Origin: an uncultured cyanobacterium
Lineage (GTDB): Bacteria; Cyanobacteriota; Cyanobacteriia; Phormidesmidales; Phormidesmidaceae
DNA length: 64,000 nt
NCBI GenBank assembly: GCA_963793265.1
Contig: CAWBZI010000001.1
Coordinates: 96,001 to 160,000, forward strand
Direction: 5' to 3'
Below, in pieces: positions 40,966 through 52,292 of the stretch. The notes beneath the pieces are model-generated. The model was not told where the DNA came from, did not search any database, and saw only the letters and a program-made list of their open reading frames with translations. Position 1 is the first letter of the stretch. The number at the start of each line of letters is the position of its first letter. The position numbers were made by a program, and so were the translations under genes.

Positions 40966-43395
40966 GTGTCTATCCTTACGCCCGCTCACGACTGGTTCGC
41001 CCAGCAAAACTGGAAGCCGCTTACCTTTCAAAAACAAACCTGGAAAGCATATCTAGCCAGTAAGAGCGGCATCATCCAGGTACCTACAGGCTCAGGTAAA
41101 ACCTACGGAGCCGTCATCGGGCCACTGATGCAAATGCTATCTGAGGCCGAAAAAACAGACAAGCCACCTGTCGGACTTCAGCTACTCTACATCACACCGC
41201 TGCGAGCTTTGTCCCGCGATATCGAAGCCTCCATTCGGCGTCCCATTGAAGAAATGGACTGGCCCATCACCGTAGAGTCTCGAACAGGCGACACCAAATC
41301 TTCAGTAAAGACTCGGCAGATCAAAAAAATGCCAAATGTCTTAATCACCACACCGGAGTCGCTAGCGGTTCTCCTCTCCTACAAAAACTCAGTCAAACGG
41401 TTTGACAGTTTACGCTGCGTGATTTTAGACGAGTGGCACGAGCTAATGGCCTCCAAACGCGGAACCCAGACTGAGCTGTGCATGTCACGGCTGCGCGAGC
41501 TAAACCCCACCGTACAAACCTGGGCAATCTCAGCAACGCTGGGAAACTTACAGGAAGCGGCTGAAGCAGCCACGGGCATAGACAGCAATCCTGTTGTTGT
41601 CCAGTCAAAGATCAAGCGCAAGACCAAAATTATCAGCATCCTACCCGAATCAGTAGACACCTTTCCCTGGGCCGGACATTTGGGCCTACGAATGTTTGAG
41701 GAGTTAGTAGCCGCGCTGGATATTGAACGCTCCACGCTAATATTCGTAAACACCCGATCGCAGGCCGAGCGATGGTTTCAGGCGCTCAACTTTTCCCTAC
41801 CCGACCACGAAAAGCAGATCGCACTACACCATGGCTCTATCGACTTCGACACCCGCCTAGCCATTGAAGCGGGCATCAAATCAGGCGATACCAAATGGGT
41901 CGTTTGCACCTCTTCCTTAGATTTAGGCGTAGACTTTCAGCCAGTAGAGCGCGTCGTTCAAATCGGCAGCGCCAAAAACCTGGCTCGACTATTGCAAAGA
42001 GCAGGCCGCTCGGCCCACCTACCCGGCGGCACATCTGAAGTGTTCTTTTTGCCCACCAATGCCTTAGAGCTGCTAGAAATATCCGCCTTTCGTAGAGGAC
42101 TCGCCGCCGGACAAATCGAGTCTCGCCATACGCTAGACAAGCCTTATGACGTGCTGCTTCAGCACTTAGTTACATTAGCCTGCGGCGATGGGTTCTCAGC
42201 GAAAGAAACGTTTGCAGCCATTAAGAATACTTTTTCTTACAGAGCGCTAACACAAACAGAATTTGACTGGATATTAGACTTCTTGCAGCATGGCGGGAAG
42301 TGCCTGAAAGCCTATCCACGCTATCAGAAGCTCGTAGTTGAAGACGGTAAGTACGTGATTGCCTCGCCGCAAATTTCAAGAATGCATAAGCTGAGTATTG
42401 GCACAATTACCGGCAATCAGCAGGTAAAGATTGCCTATGCCAAAGGTAGCCGTATCGGTACGGTAGAAGAGAGCTTTGTTTCAAGACTCAAGAAAGGAGA
42501 TGTGTTCTTTTTTGCCGGACGACAGCTCGAATTCTTTCAGATGAAAGATATGACCTTGTACGTGAAGAATGCAAAGAAAAAATCTAACGTAGTGCCTGTT
42601 TGGAGTGGCGGCTATATGGCCATTTCAGACTGCTTGAGTCAATTCATTCGAGAAGAAATCACGCAGGCTAAAGAAGGCAACGTGAGCCGAGAAGTCGAAT
42701 GCATTATGCCAATATTGGCTGCGCAGGATCGAATTTCTCACCTACCAAGCGCCGATCAGTTCTTAATTGAATGTTGCCGTACGCGCGAAGGACAGCATCT
42801 ATACGTCTATCCTTTCGAGGGTCGTAATGTACACGAAGGCATTGGTTTTTTATGGGCTTATCGATTCTCGCAGCTCGGTAAAGCCACCTTTACGGTATCA
42901 GTGAACGATTATGGATTCGAGATCTTAGCACCTAAAGACTATCCATTCGCGAAGCTGTTTGATGAGGGATTCTTCTCTACTCGAAACCTGTACGAAGAAA
43001 TAAAAGAGAGTTTAAATATCTCCGAGCTGACCCAGCGTCGGTTTCGGGGCATTTCTCAGGTGTCAGGGCTGGTGTTTAAGGGCTACCCAAGTTCACGTAA
43101 AACAGCGAATCAGGTTCAGATTAGCTCATCGCTTATCTATGAGGTATTTACTAAATATGAGCCGGATAATTTACTGCTTCAGCAGGCTGAAAGAGAGGTC
43201 ATTGATTCGCAAATGGAGACGCCAAGGCTAGCAGCGGCCCTGAAGCGAATTAATCAGCTAGAACTGGTATGGCAGGAGATTAAGCGGCCTTCTCCTTTGG
43301 GGTTTCCGCTGCTGGTGGAGCGATTGAGTTCAAGGCTGACCAATGAGAGTTTGCGCGATCGCATCGAACGCCTAAAGCAGCAGTGGGACAAGTAG
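40966..43395 (+). CDS. Ligase-associated DEXH-box helicase (Lhr-Core type)
   Basis: PTGSGKT, YITPLRALSRD, TTPES, DEWH, SAT, HHGS, TSSLDLGVD, QRAGRS.H. Confidence 0.9.
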   Translation: MSILTPAHDWFAQQNWKPLTFQKQTWKAYLASKSGIIQVPTGSGKTYGAVIGPLMQMLSEAEKTDKPPVGLQLLYITPLRALSRDIEASIRRPIEEMDWPITVESRTGDTKSSVKTRQIKKMPNVLITTPESLAVLLSYKNSVKRFDSLRCVILDEWHELMASKRGTQTELCMSRLRELNPTVQTWAISATLGNLQEAAEAATGIDSNPVVVQSKIKRKTKIISILPESVDTFPWAGHLGLRMFEELVAALDIERSTLIFVNTRSQAERWFQALNFSLPDHEKQIALHHGSIDFDTRLAIEAGIKSGDTKWVVCTSSLDLGVDFQPVERVVQIGSAKNLARLLQRAGRSAHLPGGTSEVFFLPTNALELLEISAFRRGLAAGQIESRHTLDKPYDVLLQHLVTLACGDGFSAKETFAAIKNTFSYRALTQTEFDWILDFLQHGGKCLKAYPRYQKLVVEDGKYVIASPQISRMHKLSIGTITGNQQVKIAYAKGSRIGTVEESFVSRLKKGDVFFFAGRQLEFFQMKDMTLYVKNAKKKSNVVPVWSGGYMAISDCLSQFIREEITQAKEGNVSREVECIMPILAAQDRISHLPSADQFLIECCRTREGQHLYVYPFEGRNVHEGIGFLWAYRFSQLGKATFTVSVNDYGFEILAPKDYPFAKLFDEGFFSTRNLYEEIKESLNISELTQRRFRGISQVSGLVFKGYPSSRKTANQVQISSSLIYEVFTKYEPDNLLLQQAEREVIDSQMETPRLAAALKRINQLELVWQEIKRPSPLGFPLLVERLSSRLTNESLRDRIERLKQQWDK

Positions 43396-44379
43396 CCTAG
43401 CATCTTTATGTTTGCGGCGGCGTTGTTGCACCGAATGTAGAGAAGAGAGCGGTCAGCTAATAAATTCTTTTGCTGAGGGTAGCGTTTCAGCTCAGCAGAC
43501 ATAGCTATCCGGCTCAGCGTACTACAGCCGTACTCTTTATTTGTGCAACAACACCGCTCTTCTATATTTCTTCTAAATACGAGTTTTTGAGTTTTGAGCA
43601 TCTTGAACAGATACTGAACTATATTTCTTTAATGATGCATAAAAAACAACAGCTACATGGCAATACAAAATGGTCGTACAAAGGGAGATTTCTCTCATAC
43701 GCCAATAATCGAAGTTTTCTAACGTATAACCTGATGAAATGTATAAAAACAGATGAAAAAGTCCCGCTACGCTTCCATAAATCCACGTACACAGAATAGA
43801 CAACTTGATCCATATTGGACAAAGGCTTAATACGGCCCTATACCAATCCTGACTATTGCTATGAAGTTTATGCATATTCAGAATAGCTAACCATCCAGAG
43901 AAGATGAGAAGCAATGATGAATCATTGTAAGCAGGTAGCTGGTCTGTTGGTTGTAGTGTCAATAAGTGGGTGTGTACAATTGCATTTCTAACTACTTCTA
44001 TTAAGCAGAAACCCACGGTTCGCTGATCACTACAGGTAGTGTTTTCCAATAGAGAAAAACACGCCGATGGCGTACTCGTAACTTTGAACGTACTACCTAT
44101 AGTAGATGCCAGAGTTTAGAACCGCTATATGTGGGAAGTGAGCGAACCGTCAACAGAAAGTTAAGAAAAACTTGTTTATAAGTTTTGACCTACTCACAAT
44201 ATTAAAATATCCTAACTGCTGAATCTATCCGAAGGTACTCTCAAGCTCATCGACATATCTAAACACTTTAATATGCTTCAAGAGGGTACCCATAAGCTTG
44301 GGAAAGGCTGAGCTATGCGGCTTACGCAGCATCTACTCTAGACATAGCTTTTGTTGCGATTGACTTCGTAATTTATCAT

Positions 44380-44778
44380 CTACTCAACTAAAGCTATAGG
44401 AATAAACCGTCTATAGCTTTCAAAGTCTTTGTCGGTTGTCAGAATAGAGTACTGCCGTCTAGTAGATATTGCACAAATCAAGAAGTCAGTATTTGCACCT
44501 TGAATGCCCTGCTGACGACAAGTATTGAAGTAGCTAGCAGCTAGCTCATAATCTTCTGTTTCCAAAGAAAAACTAGGAAACGTACGCAAAACAGATTTCA
44601 ACCGCTCGTACTGTGATTGCTCTCGAATGCCAGAAAGCAACTCTTGCCTTACAGCACCGACCAAAACCACTCGACCGTCCGTAATGAGTTCTTGTAGCAC
44701 TGCAACTTTTGGGTGTAGCTGCACTTGAGAGCGCCTAAAAGCCAAAGACCAAACAGAGGTATCAACAACAACCTTCAT
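44380..44778 (-). CDS. vapC: VapC (PIN domain) toxin
   Basis: VVVDTSVWS, QELLSG, DFLICA, TTDKDF. Confidence 0.88.
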   Translation of the reverse strand: MKVVVDTSVWSLAFRRSQVQLHPKVAVLQELITDGRVVLVGAVRQELLSGIREQSQYERLKSVLRTFPSFSLETEDYELAASYFNTCRQQGIQGANTDFLICAISTRRQYSILTTDKDFESYRRFIPIALVE

Positions 44779-44987
44779 TGTTTGTGACGCTGTTCTTTGT
44801 AGTCATAATCGTCTTCATAATCGATAGTGCCGAACAGCTCAATCACTTCAAGCTGCTTGCGACGCTGGACGTATTCTTTTAAGGCTTCTAGTACAACGGC
44901 CTGCTCTGTGCGGTGACGGCCTAGCCTTAGCGCCTCTTTAATTAGCTCGCTATCAATTTCAAGATTGGTGGTCATGTCAACTTCCAA
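44775..44987 (-). CDS. vapB: VapB antitoxin
   Basis: MTTNLEIDSELIKEA..LG..RT...V..AL.EY; stop overlaps vapC start. Confidence 0.85.
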   Translation of the reverse strand: MEVDMTTNLEIDSELIKEALRLGRHRTEQAVVLEALKEYVQRRKQLEVIELFGTIDYEDDYDYKEQRHKQ

Positions 44988-45155
44988 TAGTGACTACTCC
45001 TTAGCTAATTGTCGCATGGTTGCGATATGTACGACTCCTTCAATAGTTTGCTTTACGGAAATCCCCCCATCAGGCAGAGCACGCGCAGTAAGCCTCTTGC
45101 TACGCTATGGATACAGAAAGTTAACAATAGTAGCCTACAAGCGGTACTGGAAAAT

Positions 45156-47045
45156 ATGCCAATCAAAGACAAAGAACCTCAGCAGCGGCGCAAGCGAGCC
45201 AACTGGATTTTGCTGGCCATCAGTGCGGTTCTGCTTATTAGTACGTTTTTGCCGAACTCTTTTAGCCAGGCGGCAGAGCAAGTACCCTACAGCACGTTCA
45301 TTAGCCAGGTGAAAGAGCATCAGGTTACGAGTGCGAGCGTAGGCGAAAAGCAAATTCAATATCAACTAGAAGAAGGTGGCGCACTCTATCAAACGACGCC
45401 CGTTTTCGATCTCAACTTGCCTACACTTTTGCAAGACAATGATGTTCAGTTTTCGGCAACGCCACCTTCTGGAAACGCATGGTTTGGTAGCCTGCTGAGC
45501 TGGGTCATTCCACCCCTCATCTTTGTCGCAGTGTGGCGATTCTTCCTGACTCGTGGTCAGGGCGGCGGTGGTCAGGGCGGTATGTTTTCGATTGGGAAAA
45601 GCCGCGCCAAGATTTATGTAGAAGACGAAGACACCAAAATTAAATTCACGGACGTTGCAGGCGTCGATGAGGCCAAAACAGAGCTAGTTGAGATTGTAGA
45701 CTTTTTGCAAAACTCAAAGCGATTTACTGACTTAGGGGCGCGCATTCCTAAAGGCGTGCTGCTAGTTGGCCCTCCCGGTACAGGCAAAACGCTGCTTGCT
45801 AAGGCAGTTGCCGGAGAAGCAGGCGTGCCGTTCTTTAGTATTTCGGGCTCTGAGTTTATTGAGATGTTTGTCGGCGTCGGCTCTTCCCGTGTGCGTGACT
45901 TGTTTGAGCAGGCGAAAAAGCAGGCTCCTTGCATCATCTTTATTGATGAGCTAGACGCGATTGGTAAGTCACGCTCGTCAGGTGGCTTTTATGGCGGTAA
46001 CGATGAGCGCGAGCAAACGCTAAACCAGCTTTTGGCTGAGATGGACGGTTTTGATGCTGAAGAGTCTACGATTATTGTGCTGGCAGCAACAAACCGGCCC
46101 GAGATTTTAGACCCAGCGCTGCTGCGGCCCGGTCGATTTGACCGGCAGGTGCTAGTTGATCGGCCTGATTTGAAAGGGCGTGATGCGATTTTGAATATTC
46201 ATGCCAAGGAAGTTAAGCTCTCTGATGAGGTGGATTTGAAGGCGATCGCAACCCGCACCCCCGGATTTGCAGGCGCAGACTTAGCCAACCTCGTCAACGA
46301 AGCTGCCCTCCTCGCCGCCCGCCGCCACAACGAATCTGTAGAGCAGCAAGACTTTGCAGAAGCGATTGAGCGCGTAGTGGCTGGCCTTGAAAAGCGCAGC
46401 CGGGTGCTCAATGACAAAGAGAAAGAGATTGTCGCTTATCACGAAGTCGGTCACGCTTTAGTGGGTGCCGCTATGCCAGGAACCGATCAGGTAGAAAAAA
46501 TTTCTATTGTGCCTCGGGGTATGGCCGCGCTGGGCTACACCTTACAGATGCCGACTGAAGATCGCTTTTTACGAGACGAGGCTGAGCTGAAAGGGCAGAT
46601 TGCAACCATGCTTGGCGGTCGCTCTGCTGAAGAAGTCGTGTTTGGTTCGATTACAACTGGCGCGGCTAACGACTTACAGCGCGCAACCGATGTGGCTGAG
46701 CAAATGGTGACGAGCTATGGCATGAGCGAAGTGCTTGGGCCACTGGCATACGACCGCAGCAAGCAAAACAACTTCTTAGACAACGGGCAAGCGCCTAATG
46801 CTCGTCGTTTGGTCAGTGACGAAACGGCTAAGGCCATAGACCAAGAAGTGAAAAGTATTGTAGAATCTGCGCACCAAAGGGCGCTGACTATCTTGCGAGA
46901 CAATCGCGAGCTGCTAGAGGAAATCTCTCAGCTACTGCTTAGCGAAGAAGTGATCGAGGGTCAGTATCTTCGAGACATGTTGAATAAAGTGCAGCTAGGT
47001 ACAAAGATTGATGAGGCCGTAGAGAAGGAGATGGCAGAAGTTTAA
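45156..47045 (+). CDS. ftsH: ATP-dependent zinc metalloprotease FtsH (FtsH4-like); start taken at ATG 45156
   Basis: Two [33 protein letters not shown]. Confidence 0.95.
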   Translation: MPIKDKEPQQRRKRANWILLAISAVLLISTFLPNSFSQAAEQVPYSTFISQVKEHQVTSASVGEKQIQYQLEEGGALYQTTPVFDLNLPTLLQDNDVQFSATPPSGNAWFGSLLSWVIPPLIFVAVWRFFLTRGQGGGGQGGMFSIGKSRAKIYVEDEDTKIKFTDVAGVDEAKTELVEIVDFLQNSKRFTDLGARIPKGVLLVGPPGTGKTLLAKAVAGEAGVPFFSISGSEFIEMFVGVGSSRVRDLFEQAKKQAPCIIFIDELDAIGKSRSSGGFYGGNDEREQTLNQLLAEMDGFDAEESTIIVLAATNRPEILDPALLRPGRFDRQVLVDRPDLKGRDAILNIHAKEVKLSDEVDLKAIATRTPGFAGADLANLVNEAALLAARRHNESVEQQDFAEAIERVVAGLEKRSRVLNDKEKEIVAYHEVGHALVGAAMPGTDQVEKISIVPRGMAALGYTLQMPTEDRFLRDEAELKGQIATMLGGRSAEEVVFGSITTGAANDLQRATDVAEQMVTSYGMSEVLGPLAYDRSKQNNFLDNGQAPNARRLVSDETAKAIDQEVKSIVESAHQRALTILRDNRELLEEISQLLLSEEVIEGQYLRDMLNKVQLGTKIDEAVEKEMAEV

Positions 47046-47103
47046 ATGCGATCTTCAGACACCTTTATCAAAACATCAAGTTAAGTTGCTGAAATCATCA
47101 TGG

Positions 47104-47138
47104 GCAGTGGGTAACCTTCAAGGAAGCTCACTGCTTTT
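47104..47138 (+). terminator. Intrinsic terminator after ftsH
   Basis: GCAGTGGG...CTCACTGC hairpin followed by TTTT. Confidence 0.55.
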
Positions 47139-47336
47139 CTATGTATCCATATGCGATTACCAATTCCGTAGTTCTTAAAGCTGTGGGCCTAATCGTCATA
47201 GTGAATTAAGTGGTAAGAATTGCACGGATAAAATGCTTTGGCTTTGTTTAATAAATGAAGCCACCAATCTCTTATTTAGCAGCAAGAACTGCCCTATGAT
47301 CTTCAAAAGCACCTCGGACTTAGCACCTCCAAACCT

Positions 47337-47999
47337 ATGCAGATAAAAAGAGGACAACTGAAAAGCTCAAATGCCCTGGTGCCGTCTCCTCTTACAAAGT
47401 CTGCAAACTCTCGCCGCTCTCTACTTTCTAAGCTGGTAGAAACCTGTCTTTGGGGCACAACGCTGCTAATTGCCGTGCCGCTTGCTGGCGTTGCTTACCT
47501 ACAGTATCAGCAGCAGTTTTTAGATCCGCCCGTGGCCCTTGTACTTGGGGGTGCTCCTGAGCGTGAGCAGTTTGCAGCCCAGTTTGCTAAAGACCACCCC
47601 AACGTCAGAATTTGGGTATCGTCCGGCAGTAATCCTGAGTATGCCAGATGGGTGTTTGACGAAGCGCAGGTGCCGAATGAGCAGTGGGCACTAGACTACG
47701 AGGCGGTCGATACGGTGACGAATTTTACGACGCTGGTAGATAAGCTTGAGGACAGACAGATTCGGCAGGTGTATTTGATTACGTCTGACTATCATATGAG
47801 CCGGGCAAGTGCGATCGCTCGAATCGTATTAGGCAGTCGCGGTATCAACTTCAAACCCGTCGCCATTCCGACCGACGGCGATCCTGAAAACCCTGAGACG
47901 GTGGCCAGAGAAGTAAGAGATGGGGCGCGATCGCTGCTTTGGGTCGTCACAGGCAGAACGGGATCGCAATGGAAGCGAACGCTTGGTCAGAAACCCTAA
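47337..47999 (+). CDS. YdcF/DUF218 family protein
   Basis: LVLGG, SSGS, AVDTVTNF, LITSDYHM.RA. Confidence 0.85.
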   Translation: MQIKRGQLKSSNALVPSPLTKSANSRRSLLSKLVETCLWGTTLLIAVPLAGVAYLQYQQQFLDPPVALVLGGAPEREQFAAQFAKDHPNVRIWVSSGSNPEYARWVFDEAQVPNEQWALDYEAVDTVTNFTTLVDKLEDRQIRQVYLITSDYHMSRASAIARIVLGSRGINFKPVAIPTDGDPENPETVAREVRDGARSLLWVVTGRTGSQWKRTLGQKP

Positions 48000-48086
48000 C
48001 TTTGTTCTATCTCGAAGTATTTGCTATAAGGTCATAAAACAATCCAGTTCCGGTGATAAGTAACTATCGTTTGCTCAGCTAATCTT

Positions 48087-48845
48087 ATGACAACCGTCTT
48101 ACCAGCTTCTGCCTACACCTCCTCGCAAATCAAAGTATGGCTACGCGGCCTGCTAAGTGTTGCCTGGGCCGATGGCCAGTTTGAAGAATCAGAAAAACAG
48201 CTCATTCACGCTATGGTGGAATCCGAATTTGCCCCTGGTACTGAGTTTGAAACCCTAGAGCCTATCGAACCTGAAGCCCTGGCCGCAGAGCTTCATCTAG
48301 ACAGCGCTGCCGCTCAAAATTTTCTAAGAATGGCCGTGATGGTTGCCCTGGCAAACGGCGTATATTCAGAGCCCGAAAACGATCAGATTATGGCGTTTGC
48401 TCAAGCGCTATCGATAGAGCCTAAAGCTTTGGACTCACTGCAGTCAACGCTCTACAAGCTCAGAGAGCTGGACAGTGCAAAAGCGACCGCAACAGATGCT
48501 AGCGATAATTCTGAAGGTAAAGCTTCTAAAAAAGAATCTGTCGCTGAGGCGCTACATCTACCGGCAATCGGCAAAGCGGTGGCTGACATAGATCCGCTCA
48601 AACCCGCGCGCGAATGGCTCGATCAGCTCAGCGTAGACGATCCCCGCCTCGCTCGATTTGTCTGCAAGCTTGTCCCTTCCCAGTGCCCCTTTGAGCGCGA
48701 CGTAACGCTTTTCCGTCGCAAAGTTGTGCACATCCCGCCCATGTGCAAGATCAATCCTCTATACGATCAGCTTGTCGGGCTGCGCTTTAGAGCACTCTCT
48801 TACTTAGCCGACGACTGTGGTGAAGACATCACGCCCTACACGTAA
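48087..48845 (+). CDS. TerB-like + 'Mo-dependent nitrogenase C-terminal' domain protein
   Basis: WLRGLL.VAWADG; CKLVPSQCPFERD, HIPPMCKINPLYDQLVGLRFRAL. Confidence 0.85.
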   Translation: MTTVLPASAYTSSQIKVWLRGLLSVAWADGQFEESEKQLIHAMVESEFAPGTEFETLEPIEPEALAAELHLDSAAAQNFLRMAVMVALANGVYSEPENDQIMAFAQALSIEPKALDSLQSTLYKLRELDSAKATATDASDNSEGKASKKESVAEALHLPAIGKAVADIDPLKPAREWLDQLSVDDPRLARFVCKLVPSQCPFERDVTLFRRKVVHIPPMCKINPLYDQLVGLRFRALSYLADDCGEDITPYT

Positions 48846-50707
48846 TGCAGCTCAACTCAACAGCCGAGCTGATTAAGGCTGACATTTTAGTCGTAGGGGG
48901 AGGCGCTGGCGGAACAGCAGCAGCTATTCAAGCGGCGCGGCATCAGGCAAGCCTCAAGGTAGTGTTGGTTTCTGAGCTGCCCTGGCTCGGCGGAATGCTT
49001 ACCTCAGCAGGCGTATCCGCGCCCGATGGCAATGAGCTGGCAGCTTTTCAGACGGGCATTTGGGGCGAATTTTTGAAGGCGCTCAGGCAGCGTCATCCCC
49101 AAGGGCTCGGGAATGGGTGGGTCAGCTTTTTCACCTATAATCCAGCGGTGGGCGCTCAGATTTTTGCAGATTGGGCGGCAGCGCTACCTAACTTGCAGTG
49201 GATTTCGGGGCAGAGGGCTCAAGCAGTTTTACGGCAGGGTGATCGCATCACGGGCGTTCGATTTGACGCGATAACCGTACAGGCCAAAATCACGATTGAC
49301 GGCACCGAACTGGGCGACATCCTTGCACTAGCCGAAGTCCCTCACCGCTGGGGCTGGGAAACCCAAGACGTTTGGCAAGAGCCGAGCGCGCCCGTCTCAC
49401 TTACCGACCCAAGCGATCCGCTTTACAAAATCACTCAGCGCTATCCGGTGCAGTCACCGACCTGGGTTGTGATTATGCAAGACTATGGCGAGCAAAACGC
49501 ACCCACGATTGACGCGCCTCCTCGACTTTCTGCCGATAGCGAGTTTGAAAACGCCTGGGCTAACTACGGCAATGCCAATACCTCAGCCGGTGAAAATTGT
49601 CTTAATTACGGTCGGTTGCCAAACAATCAATTTATGATCAACTGGCCTCATCAAGGGAACGATTACGGCGTTAATCTTAGTCGCCTGATTGAATCAGAAT
49701 CGGCAAGAAAAGAATACGGGCAAGAAGCCCAATGGCACTCTCAATCTTTTGCTCGCTACATTCAAACGCACCTCGGTAAACGCTACGGCCTGGCACAAGA
49801 CATCTTTCCAAAAACCGCAGACTCGCCGGGCGGTGCTTTTGCACTCATGCCCTACTACCGTGAGAGTCGTCGGGTCATGGGGCTATCGACCGTTTGCGAA
49901 GGCGATATTTTGCCGGTAAAAGCAGGACAGGTGGCGGCGCTGCCAGTGAACGAGCATGGTGAGGTGAGTGCGATCGCCTACGGCAATTACCCCAACGACC
50001 ATCACTATCCTGGCTTTGAAATGCCGCTAGCGCCCAAAGCCATTTACTGGGGCGGTCGCCAGACGGGTACGCCGTTTACGATTCCCTACGAAGCACTGAT
50101 TCCTGAGAACACCAATGGTTTGTTGGCGTGCGAGAAGAATATTTCTGTTTCGCATGTTGCTAATGGGGCAACTCGGTTGCAGCCTGTCGTGCTGGGTATT
50201 GGGCAGGCGGCGGGTATGGCAGCAGCGATTTGTGTGAAGCAGGGATGTGAGCCGAGGGATTTGGGCGAGAAAGGAAGGGTGCGATCGCTCCAAACCGCCC
50301 TTCTATCGGATCAAACTGCGCCCGCCGCGATGATTCCTCTGTTCAATCTGCCACCGGAGCATCCTCAATGGCTGTCTGTACAACAGCACTATCTCGCTCA
50401 ACCTGAGGCTTATCCAACCACCGGACATCATGTTTTTTCGACCAGCTCATCAGTGCAAATACCCGCATCTATTCGATGTAATTCATCTATTTCTATCAAA
50501 GGTAGCTTTTACTGCAAAGCCGAAAGCCACTACGAACTTCACCAAAAAACAGAGAAAACCTTACCCGATCACGTTCTTTTACTAACAGTTAGATCGGAAA
50601 TTACTGAGTTTTTTATACAAGCATTGAATGGGCAACAAGTAGAGGTTATAGGTACTTGGAATTCAGCCGGAAAATGGCTGCTTTGCGAACGTATTAGAAT
50701 GCTGTAG
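48845..50707 (+). CDS. FAD-dependent oxidoreductase
   Basis: VVGGGAGG, DGTELGD, YYRESRR, EKNISVSH.ANGATRLQP; typical neighbour of patX-hetR. Confidence 0.88.
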   Translation: MQLNSTAELIKADILVVGGGAGGTAAAIQAARHQASLKVVLVSELPWLGGMLTSAGVSAPDGNELAAFQTGIWGEFLKALRQRHPQGLGNGWVSFFTYNPAVGAQIFADWAAALPNLQWISGQRAQAVLRQGDRITGVRFDAITVQAKITIDGTELGDILALAEVPHRWGWETQDVWQEPSAPVSLTDPSDPLYKITQRYPVQSPTWVVIMQDYGEQNAPTIDAPPRLSADSEFENAWANYGNANTSAGENCLNYGRLPNNQFMINWPHQGNDYGVNLSRLIESESARKEYGQEAQWHSQSFARYIQTHLGKRYGLAQDIFPKTADSPGGAFALMPYYRESRRVMGLSTVCEGDILPVKAGQVAALPVNEHGEVSAIAYGNYPNDHHYPGFEMPLAPKAIYWGGRQTGTPFTIPYEALIPENTNGLLACEKNISVSHVANGATRLQPVVLGIGQAAGMAAAICVKQGCEPRDLGEKGRVRSLQTALLSDQTAPAAMIPLFNLPPEHPQWLSVQQHYLAQPEAYPTTGHHVFSTSSSVQIPASIRCNSSISIKGSFYCKAESHYELHQKTEKTLPDHVLLLTVRSEITEFFIQALNGQQVEVIGTWNSAGKWLLCERIRML

Positions 50708-50793
50708 TCAGGTCAATTCTTCACACAGATTTTCCTGACTTTATAGAGAGTCAACGTAACAGTGAATAACGACTTGGAAATCACTTAGCAACC

Positions 50794-51051
50794 ATGCTGA
50801 CTTCACATCATTCACTGCTCAGCGGCTTTGCAGCCGTTATTTGTGCCACAAGCGTGGTCTATCAAAGCGCGCCTCAAAATATGACAGAATCGCTTGTAGG
50901 GCCACCTGTGCCGACCAGCAAAACTGTTGACGTTTCCTATCGGGGCAGCGGTCGCGTAGAGAGCGATCCTGTAGAAACAGAACAGACTGAAGCTAACAGT
51001 AGCCGTGTTGCCCACAGAGGCAGCGGTCGCGTTCTGACTTTGCCACTGTAA
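50794..51051 (+). CDS. patX: PatX, RGSGR-containing HetR-inhibitor precursor (two motifs)
   Basis: Hydrophobic N-terminus; YRGSGR and HRGSGR; located between FAD oxidoreductase and hetR. Confidence 0.88.
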   Translation: MLTSHHSLLSGFAAVICATSVVYQSAPQNMTESLVGPPVPTSKTVDVSYRGSGRVESDPVETEQTEANSSRVAHRGSGRVLTLPL

Positions 51052-51164
51052 ACACCGTATTCAACGCCGCTCTTAACTGGGAATGGCTTTTATTAGTGAA
51101 TATCCGTATAGGGTGTAGAATATTGACCAGATAATAATTTCCGTATAACCAGATGATTATTTGT

Positions 51165-51178
51165 GTAACTATTGATAC
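51165..51178. promoter_or_regulatory. Candidate NtcA binding site upstream of hetR
   Basis: t-GTA ACTATTGA TAC = GTA-N8-TAC. Confidence 0.55.
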
Positions 51179-51277
51179 TGCCTATTAGAGTTTGCACACC
51201 CAGGTTTACATACCCTGCTGTTTTCTTTCATCCATTTTCTGTGCATTCTATAGCATTAAGCATTTTCGCTTGATTGA

Positions 51278-52207
<930 letters not shown>

Positions 52208-52227
52208 GTCTAGCCTCGGCGCTAATT

Positions 52228-52267
52228 AGAAAAGCTCCTGTAGATAGGATTCTACAGGAGCTTTTCT
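52228..52267. terminator. Bidirectional terminator-like perfect inverted repeat
   Basis: AGAAAAGCTCCTGTAGA-taggat-TCTACAGGAGCTTTTCT between convergent genes. Confidence 0.8.
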
Positions 52268-52292
52268 TCATTTATGCGGTGTCAGCACAAGT

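Noticed and set aside
43254..44049. ORFs 43254-43601, 43470-43799, 43573-44049 and 43619-43822
   Set aside because: Mutually overlapping, weak starts, no recognisable motifs
45009..45155. N-terminal extension of FtsH in the ORF track
   Set aside because: TTG start overlapping the vapB upstream region; ATG 45156 gives a typical FtsH N-terminus
48087..48845. Evidence for nitrogen fixation from the 'Mo-dependent nitrogenase C-terminal' domain
   Set aside because: The domain name is historical; no nif genes are present in the window
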